In this document: positions 57,669 through 64,000 of the stretch, one piece after another
Layout of the letters: each line of letters starts with the position of its first letter
Numbering within the stretch: the stretch's first letter is position 1
Program-made: the position numbers and the translations under genes
The notes under the pieces: generated by a model
The model's input: only the letters and a program-made list of their open reading frames with translations
What the model was told of the DNA's origin: nothing
Database searches by the model: none
DNA from: Candidatus Omnitrophota bacterium
Lineage (GTDB): Bacteria; Omnitrophota; Gorgyraeia; Aquiviventales; Aquiviventaceae
Length of the DNA: 64,000 nt
Direction: 5' to 3'
Assembly (NCBI GenBank): GCA_030697665.1
Contig: JAUYPJ010000037.1
Span: forward strand, 28,089-92,088

Positions 57669-58304
57669 CTACGTCCGGTTCGACGAGGACGCCCTCGCAT
57701 TGAGGGTCGACGTCTCCCACTTGTTGCCCTGCACCATCAGGCGGGGATCGGACACAAGGGCATGCCAGACGACCGCCTGAAACGCCTCGGTGTGCGGGGT
57801 AACCGATTGCTCGTTGACCGTCGGGATCACGAGCACGATGTCTCCGCGCTGTTTCGTGTACCCGCCGTCACGCCCGACGATGCCCAGGACGTCCATGCCG
57901 CGGCTCTTGGCTTCGTCGATGGCGGCCACCAGGTTGGCGCTGATGTTGCGCTCCCGGCTGCCTCCGCCGACCGACAGGATGAACAGCGCGTCACGCTCAC
58001 AAGCCCGGCTCACCTTCAGCCAGGCTGCAAACACGGTCTCCCACCCCTCGTCGTTCGTCCGCGCCGTCAACTCCGAGACGTTGTCCACAGGACTGTACGC
58101 TTCGATCCCGGCGAGCTTGCGAAAATCGTTCACCGCATGGCTGCAATTTCCTGCGCTCCCGCCCACGCCGCACAGAAAGAGCCGCCCGCCTTCATCACGC
58201 AACCGGACAAGCCGTTCCACCATTTGGTCGATCACCCCCACATCCAATCGCCGCGCGATGTCCGCCGCTTCCGCGAAATGCCGGGAGAGAAATGTGTCGT
58301 TCAT
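57669..58304 (-). CDS. SIS-domain phosphoheptose isomerase (GmhA-like)
   Basis: GVGGSAGNCSH, TARTND, LSVGGG, HTEAFQ. Confidence 0.85.
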   Translation of the reverse strand: MNDTFLSRHFAEAADIARRLDVGVIDQMVERLVRLRDEGGRLFLCGVGGSAGNCSHAVNDFRKLAGIEAYSPVDNVSELTARTNDEGWETVFAAWLKVSRACERDALFILSVGGGSRERNISANLVAAIDEAKSRGMDVLGIVGRDGGYTKQRGDIVLVIPTVNEQSVTPHTEAFQAVVWHALVSDPRLMVQGNKWETSTLNARASSSNRT

Positions 58305-58319
58305 CGTCGGTCCTTCCGA

Positions 58320-59882
58320 TTATCCTGCATACGTTAACATACGATCCGCCTCATCCTTGCCGTAGACCAATTGGAAGAACTCCTTCGAGAGCGCTTCGAA
58401 CACAGCATTTCCCTCTTCATCGAATTGTTCGGCCGCGCGGACTTCCGAGTAGCGCGACTCCGGCAGGCGCACATACAACGGGAACACGCGCTGGAGTGAG
58501 AGAATCTCATCAGGCTGGAGGTAGGGTTTGGGCATCCGCAGCAGCGACTTGGCAATCACGGAGGTCGTCTGGGCGTTCGGATCCAACCACCCCTCCTGGA
58601 GGGCCATCTCCCTCAGCGGCGTCCCGTGGTACGGGACGAACACATTCACGCTCAACGAGTCGAAGCTGTGGATCTCCCGGATCAGCCGGACGCTGTCGAA
58701 GAGCAACTCCCGGGTCTCATAGGGCATCCCCACCAACACGTTCAGCGTAAAGGGAATCCCTGAGGCCGCCACCACCTTGGCCTGCTGCAAGATGAACTCG
58801 TTCGTCATTTTTCGCCGCAGCTTCTCTTGCCGGTACTGCTCGTTGCCATGCTCAAGACCAAACGAGATCCGGTAGCACCCCACGCTGGACAGCCAGTCCA
58901 GTTTCTCGGCGTCGATATCCTCGAACCGCGTTTGAAACCAGAACGGGATGTTGATGTCCTTGTACATCGCCACGAATTCGGCGGCCTCTGCCTTCGGCCG
59001 GGCCAAGAAGGCGTCGTCGTTAATATAGAAAAACTCCGGGCGGTAGCGCTCGATCATGACGTCGATTTCGCGCCGCAGGGTTGCCATCGACTTCCGCCGC
59101 AAAAACAGTCCTTGGCGGCGCTCCTTCGCCAAGGTCACCTGCCTCGGGGAATTGCAGAAGGTGCAGGTATACGGGCAGCCGCGGTAGGTCTCCAGCGGGA
59201 TCGCCTTCCAGATCCGCGCTCCCAGCGGCCGGAGAAACCGCCGCTCATCGAAGACGGAAAAATCAGGAATGGCCTGGTTGATGTCCACGAGCGGACGCGG
59301 GGGATTGTGGATGGTCCGTCCCTCCTCGTCCTTCGCCCAGGTCCCCGCGATATCGGTGGGGGCCGCCCCATGACGGACCCGTTCACAGAACTCCACGAGA
59401 ACCTCTTCCCCTTCGCCTAACCCAAGGCACTGAACGTCCGGATCGGCCATGACCATCTCCGGGGCCATGGTCGTAAACACCCCGCCAATCAGCGACTTGA
59501 TGTGCGGGTATTCCGCGAGCACCTTCAGCATATCCTTGGCCTGCGGCCAGGTATCCTCCACGAGCGTGGAGAAGATGACGGCATGAGGCTTGAACGCATC
59601 GAGCATGTTCGTAAAATCATCCAGGAGATGCTTCTTCGGCTCGCCCCACAGCGCCAAGGCATCAAATTTCCGGCTGTTCAGCAGTTTGTTGGCTCGGGTG
59701 ACTGGCAGCGGCTCGCCCATAAACTCATACGAGGCCAGGTACGGCGTGCAGTCGAACAGCTCCACCTCGTAGCCTTGCTCCTTCAAAATCGCGGTGAACA
59801 GTCCGACCGCGTACGACGGGGTCAGCATCATGCTCAGATTCGGGTAGGCCAGCAACACACGAAACTGATGTCGCTCGATCAT
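58320..59882 (-). CDS. B12-binding radical SAM protein
   Basis: N-terminal cobalamin-binding-like region, RGCPYTCTFC, INDDAF, GLEHG, PYHGT. Confidence 0.9.
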   Translation of the reverse strand: MIERHQFRVLLAYPNLSMMLTPSYAVGLFTAILKEQGYEVELFDCTPYLASYEFMGEPLPVTRANKLLNSRKFDALALWGEPKKHLLDDFTNMLDAFKPHAVIFSTLVEDTWPQAKDMLKVLAEYPHIKSLIGGVFTTMAPEMVMADPDVQCLGLGEGEEVLVEFCERVRHGAAPTDIAGTWAKDEEGRTIHNPPRPLVDINQAIPDFSVFDERRFLRPLGARIWKAIPLETYRGCPYTCTFCNSPRQVTLAKERRQGLFLRRKSMATLRREIDVMIERYRPEFFYINDDAFLARPKAEAAEFVAMYKDINIPFWFQTRFEDIDAEKLDWLSSVGCYRISFGLEHGNEQYRQEKLRRKMTNEFILQQAKVVAASGIPFTLNVLVGMPYETRELLFDSVRLIREIHSFDSLSVNVFVPYHGTPLREMALQEGWLDPNAQTTSVIAKSLLRMPKPYLQPDEILSLQRVFPLYVRLPESRYSEVRAAEQFDEEGNAVFEALSKEFFQLVYGKDEADRMLTYAG

Positions 59883-60871
59883 CCAGCACCCTCCTGTTTT
59901 GATGACACCTTCTTCCCGACCAGCCGTGCAAATGAACTCAAGCCCTGCCGCTGCAAGAACGCCTGCAGCGCCTCGTGGGTTTGCGCATCGGCCTCGATGA
60001 GCTGTCGCTCGAAGCGTGACACCGGCAGCGACGGATTGTGCTGGAGGTGGGCGCGAACCACCTCGACGTCCAGCACACCAGGTGTACTGACTTCGATCAA
60101 CGTCAACCCGGCTTGTGTCAGGAGGCGTGAAAGACCCTGGAGGCTAAAACAGTTCGTGCGATCCGGGGGACAGAGATACAGGTTGGCAAGCCCCAGCACC
60201 GCCAAGTCAAATCCCGAACACACCAACGCCGTCACAAACAGTAATCCGCCCTCCTCCATCCGATTGACCACTCCCTGCAACAGCGCCACCGGATCATCGA
60301 CACGATCCAGGGATTCCAGCAGAATCGCGGCGTGAACCCGAGGAGCATCAGCGCAGTTGCCGGATCCCGTGGCCACGGTCATTTCATCAACCATCAGCAC
60401 GTCTGAACACATCCCGCTATCCTTCAGCAGATGCGTGAAGGTGCTTGGGGGTGTGGCGCCCTCCAGGACAATCGGCTGACGAACCCCCTGCAGTCGGAGC
60501 GTATCCCGAATCCATTCCAGTTTGGGTGTGTAGACGTGATCGGTCCGCGACTGCGCCAATCCTGGGTAGAACCCCTCAGACGAAAACCGGTGACGGCTCA
60601 CGTCCTGCAGCAACCTCGCCCACGACACGGCGTCTGGCAGCTCCTCCAGAAAGAGGCTCCCGCTCTCCTGACACCGCAGATAGCGCAGCCCACCGATCTC
60701 GCCGAACGGCTCAAGCGATGCGCCACCGATCGGTGACCGCTGACGACGCCTGGTGGGGCCGCGGAGCGCCTGTCGCGTCATCTCGAGACAGTAGGCGCGA
60801 TACCGCAGCAGCCCCTCCAGGGGCTTGACAGAGGACAAGGGGAAACTCGCGCTGGTCTGGATGGTTCTCAT
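59879..60871 (-). CDS. Methyltransferase-like protein with degenerate motifs
   Basis: ESLDRVDDP, GFDL..LG, PPDRTNCFS, TPGVLDV; canonical SAM motif I not intact. Confidence 0.6.
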   Translation of the reverse strand: MRTIQTSASFPLSSVKPLEGLLRYRAYCLEMTRQALRGPTRRRQRSPIGGASLEPFGEIGGLRYLRCQESGSLFLEELPDAVSWARLLQDVSRHRFSSEGFYPGLAQSRTDHVYTPKLEWIRDTLRLQGVRQPIVLEGATPPSTFTHLLKDSGMCSDVLMVDEMTVATGSGNCADAPRVHAAILLESLDRVDDPVALLQGVVNRMEEGGLLFVTALVCSGFDLAVLGLANLYLCPPDRTNCFSLQGLSRLLTQAGLTLIEVSTPGVLDVEVVRAHLQHNPSLPVSRFERQLIEADAQTHEALQAFLQRQGLSSFARLVGKKVSSKQEGAG

Positions 60872-61890
60872 GGCACCGTCCGTTTCGTGGCCTGGCGCTC
60901 GGCCACGGCGTAGACATCCCGGATGACCTGCATGACCCGTTGGGCCTCCTCGAGCGTCCCGTGGGTGGCCGGACGTCCTTCGTGGGCGGCCAGAAGAAAT
61001 TCATTGACCTCTTTGTCCCATGACTCGTCACGGTCGAAGTGGATGATTTCCTCGCGCGGATTGCCCAGCGCCAGGGCCTCATCTTCGAACTGGCGCTTGC
61101 CGATGACGAGCTGCTCACGGCCGTAGCTACCGGTCTGTGACAACAACCCACTGGCCACCAGGTAGCCATTGCGACAGCCGACCTCGATGCGGAACGTGTG
61201 TTTCCAGAACGTCGCGGAAGAATGGAGGAACGCCGGCACCCCCTGCTCGGAGCGGAGCAGGACGAAGGCGTTGTCTTCCAACCCCGTTCCCCAGAAGGAA
61301 TCCGCCAGGACGGCATCGACGACGGTGAGCGGCCCAAGGAAGAGGTGAAACAGATCCAGCATATGGATGCCCTGATCCAGCAAAATGCCCCCGCCGGCGA
61401 TGTCCGGATTGGCGCGCCAGCTCTCACGGTACCGGATGCCGCCTGACTTGCCGTAGGTCCCCTTGAGGTACAGCACCTCGCCTAGGCCGCCCTCGCCGAT
61501 GAGCGACTTGGCCGCCTGGACAGACGGGTGCAACCGGTGGTTGAACCCGAACACCAGCGTATGATTAGGGACCGCGGCCGCGGTCTCGGCGATCCGACAG
61601 AAATCCTCCCAGTTGCGTCCCGGCGGCTTTTCACAAAACACCCGGCGGCACCGGCGCAGCCCTTCCACGCACAGATCCGCGGTGACATTATTCGGCGTAC
61701 AAACGAACACCACGTCAGTGTCGTCCCACGGAATGGGAGCTGCCGGAGGGAGCAGCACCCCATCGAGCCCGACGGTCGATGGATCCACGCCGTGATCCAC
61801 GATGGTGATGCCGCGCACCAGGGGATGTTGACGCAGGACCTGATAGCGGATCTTGCCCATATACCCATAGCCAAACAGGAGACAGTTCAT
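60868..61890 (-). CDS. Gfo/Idh/MocA oxidoreductase
   Basis: GYGYMG, CEKP, GFNHR, GGGILLDQGIH. Confidence 0.92.
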   Translation of the reverse strand: MNCLLFGYGYMGKIRYQVLRQHPLVRGITIVDHGVDPSTVGLDGVLLPPAAPIPWDDTDVVFVCTPNNVTADLCVEGLRRCRRVFCEKPPGRNWEDFCRIAETAAAVPNHTLVFGFNHRLHPSVQAAKSLIGEGGLGEVLYLKGTYGKSGGIRYRESWRANPDIAGGGILLDQGIHMLDLFHLFLGPLTVVDAVLADSFWGTGLEDNAFVLLRSEQGVPAFLHSSATFWKHTFRIEVGCRNGYLVASGLLSQTGSYGREQLVIGKRQFEDEALALGNPREEIIHFDRDESWDKEVNEFLLAAHEGRPATHGTLEEAQRVMQVIRDVYAVAERQATKRTVP

Positions 61891-62033
61891 CCCCCCACCT
61901 GCTGGAGGCTCCGCCCGAGGCGGAGCCGTGGGTTGGCTTCACGTGATAAAGCCGGCTGCCAGCCAACCCTGGCAGTGCCGGTCACTGCGTTTGTAGCGAT
62001 GGCGGCACTGCCGCCAGTAGGTGGGGGGATCAT
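61887..62033 (-). mobile_element. Relay cassette copy 6; 48-aa mini-ORF MIPPPTGGSAAIATNAVTGTARVGWQPALSREANPRLRLGRSLQQVGG
   Basis: IR ATCCCCCCACCT(A/G)CTGG; ATGA at both ends. Confidence 0.75.
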
Positions 62034-63613
62034 CCCACCGATGCCCCCGGACATCCAACCGCCTGGAGGAAACGATCAATGGCTGCGGCATCCACGGCCC
62101 TCGTGTAGCGATTCACGTACTCCACCGTCCTGCGCCATTGCTGCATGGCCTGTGCTTCATCCACGGTCAGGTACTGCTGCAGCGCCTCGCTCATCGCTTC
62201 AGGCGAATCAACACGTTCACGCCAACCCGTCACCTCGAACAGGGGATCCACATCCGGGTAGTCCGCGTCCTGGAGGTAGATCGGCTTCAATCCGTGGAGG
62301 ACCGCGTACAAGACGGCGGAGGAGCCGCGGTAGAGCACCACCGATGAGCGCGCAAAGTCCTCGCCGATCGACGGGCGATCAGAAACCTCCATGTTCGGCA
62401 ATGCGGACGGCTCGCCGGCCAGGTGCGGACGCAGGCGATGAAACGGCATCGCGGGGTGACACCGCAAGATGAAGCGGTGATCGGTCGCCAGCGACGCCGC
62501 CTGCATGGCAAAATTGAACAGGAGCTTGGCCTCACGGATCACCCCAGTCTCCGGAACCACCAGCACCGTCCGCCGCTGGAACTGCGGGCTGGGCGCCGCT
62601 GGGGCGTGATGGTCGCTGCGCCGGAAGGTCCCGAAGGACACCAGGCGGCTCCCAAGCGGTTGGTGCCCGGACGCCATCATCTGCAGCGGGATCTCTCCCA
62701 GGCAGAGCACGACATCGGGTGTTGAGCGCTCCCAGGAGTTGCGGTTCGGGGACAAGAGCGACAACGAGTGCGGCATGATGACCGTATGTTGGTATCCCAC
62801 GGTGACGCATGTCGCCTCGGCAGCTTTCGCCCCATGCCAGGCGGGCTTCTCCCAGGGCTGCCCCTCATAGAGCGTGACGAAGACCTTTGCCCCCCAGGTC
62901 TTCACGGCCTTGCGCGCAATGGAGAAGTGCAAGATGTTGCGCACGGTAATGGGCTGCAGGCTGTCCAGGCAGGCCGCCGCCGCCACCCTTGCCAGCGACG
63001 GCTGCTCGGCGCGCTGCGCCAGGCGACGCAGGGCCACGGCCGTGGCGAATTGGCGGACGGCCGTCACCAGCGGCGCCCAGATCGGCACCAGCAGTTGCTC
63101 CGGAACGGTGCGGATCGTCGGGCGTCGTAGCAGCGTTTTCGCAAAGGCCGTGTCAAGCCGCTCCCGCGTGTCGCCGCACAACACGAGGCAGCTGATCCCG
63201 CGGGCTTCCAGTTGCTGCGGCAGCGTCCCGTAATAGAAATCCTCCGTCCGATGGAGGGCCTCCGGACCGAAGCCCCATGTTTTCAAGATGACGGTTGCCG
63301 GCTCGCGCGTGAGACGCCGGAGGTCGCGCCACACCTGCGGCTTCACCCACAACAGGCCGAGGCTCTCACGAGCGGCGAACAGGACGCATCTCACCCACCG
63401 GGCCACCAGACCCAACGGCGACGGAAGGGTCAGCGGTGCCGGCCCCATCAGCCATAGGTGGTCAGGAGGCACCGCGTGCCGGGGATGAACGGTGGAGAGT
63501 CCCAGGACGGGCAACCGCGGGCACAGACGTCGCACCTCATACATCAGCTCAGTCAATGCGGCGTAGCGCTCGAGCCACCGACGAGGCTCCGCTGGCGTGG
63601 CAGATGCGATCAT
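62030..63613 (-). CDS. Hypothetical protein with a GT-B-like C-terminus (possible ulosonate transferase)
   Basis: YEGQPWEK, GYQH, LRCHP, YRGSSAVLYAVL.GLKP. Confidence 0.55.
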   Translation of the reverse strand: MIASATPAEPRRWLERYAALTELMYEVRRLCPRLPVLGLSTVHPRHAVPPDHLWLMGPAPLTLPSPLGLVARWVRCVLFAARESLGLLWVKPQVWRDLRRLTREPATVILKTWGFGPEALHRTEDFYYGTLPQQLEARGISCLVLCGDTRERLDTAFAKTLLRRPTIRTVPEQLLVPIWAPLVTAVRQFATAVALRRLAQRAEQPSLARVAAAACLDSLQPITVRNILHFSIARKAVKTWGAKVFVTLYEGQPWEKPAWHGAKAAEATCVTVGYQHTVIMPHSLSLLSPNRNSWERSTPDVVLCLGEIPLQMMASGHQPLGSRLVSFGTFRRSDHHAPAAPSPQFQRRTVLVVPETGVIREAKLLFNFAMQAASLATDHRFILRCHPAMPFHRLRPHLAGEPSALPNMEVSDRPSIGEDFARSSVVLYRGSSAVLYAVLHGLKPIYLQDADYPDVDPLFEVTGWRERVDSPEAMSEALQQYLTVDEAQAMQQWRRTVEYVNRYTRAVDAAAIDRFLQAVGCPGASVG

Positions 63614-63717
63614 CCCCCCACCTGCCTGCCAGCCGGAGGCTGGCGAACAGCCGCGCGTCGAGTACTCCATGTGTTCGCGGCTCGCCTCTGGCGAGCCCAG
63701 GTAGGTGGGGGGATCAT
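63610..63717 (-). mobile_element. Relay cassette copy 7; 35-aa mini-ORF MIPPPTWARQRRAANTWSTRRAAVRQPPAGRQVGG
   Basis: IR ATCCCCCCACCT(A/G)CCTG; ATGA at both ends. Confidence 0.75.
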
Positions 63718-64000
63718 CGCGCCATCGCGTGGCATCGTGAGCCCTGTCCTCTCTGCAACCGCTCCTGCTGAAGGATCCACGCGACGGCCTCGGTCAAGTC
63801 CTCCGCTTCGTAGTCAGGCTCAACGCCATGGGCCGGTTCCGGCCTGTGGCCTGAGCGGACAAGGATGGTCTGACTTCCCGCGGCGCGGCCCGACAGGACG
63901 TCGAGCATCCGATCCCCCACCACATAGGAAGACGCCAGGGAAAGCCCCAGTTCCTCAGCGGCTTGTGTGAACATCGCGATTCCAGGTTTTCGACACGCGC
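63714..64000 (-). CDS. GmhB-like HAD heptose-bisphosphate phosphatase, 3' part (runs off the window)
   Basis: CRKPG, SYVVGDR..DV..G..AG..TILVRSG. Confidence 0.82.
   Translation of the reverse strand, partial: ACRKPGIAMFTQAAEELGLSLASSYVVGDRMLDVLSGRAAGSQTILVRSGHRPEPAHGVEPDYEAEDLTEAVAWILQQERLQRGQGSRCHAMAR

Noticed and set aside
1363-62472. Long + strand ORFs (e.g. 1363-2640, 24288-25562, 28926-30128)
   Set aside because: Antisense shadows of well-supported minus-strand genes in high-GC DNA, with no recognisable motifs
8570-63717. Relay cassettes as integron attC sites or CRISPR repeats
   Set aside because: No RYYYAAC/GTTRRRY boxes, no integrase, no regularly spaced identical repeats and no cas genes
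8570-63717. Mini-ORFs as RiPP precursor peptides for the radical SAM or AsnB enzymes
   Set aside because: Conservation is confined to the IR-encoded ends; the interiors are palindromic DNA with no shared leader or core motif
1-64000. tRNA, rRNA, transposase, integrase or phage genes
   Set aside because: None recognisable

Overview
GC-rich bacterial window; the gene content and synteny suggest an uncultured lineage such as Omnitrophota, but this is inference only. After a + strand TPR gene, about 63 kb is one run of minus-strand genes. It begins with priA and a family-4 uracil-DNA glycosylase, followed by a very large LPS/surface-polysaccharide locus. The locus holds about 20 GT2/GT4/GT9/GT28/CgeB/GT-C glycosyltransferases, an O-antigen ligase, a Wzx flippase, a WecA-like initiator split by one in-frame TAA, and AsnB, RmlD, deacetylases and methyltransferases. 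It also holds an embedded Phd-VapC toxin-antitoxin pair, a higher-carbon/ulosonic sugar module (KdsB-like, HpcH aldolase, transaldolase, SDRs, GmhA/GmhB, B12 radical SAM) and a carbamoyltransferase-SxtJ-DUF5989-SGNH cassette. The most striking unexplained structure is a family of seven 105-156 nt elements, plus one 31-nt miniature, that exactly fill stop-to-start gaps. Each is bounded by an ATGA direct repeat and carries co-varying ~17-bp terminal inverted repeats that include a Shine-Dalgarno-like arm. The interiors are unrelated and hairpin-rich. In all seven full copies the element encodes an uninterrupted mini-ORF (MIP[P/R]P...Q[V/G][V/G]G*) overlapping both neighbouring genes. These look like insertion elements that preserve, and might gate, translational coupling. 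All product calls come from motifs read by eye; no database search was run.
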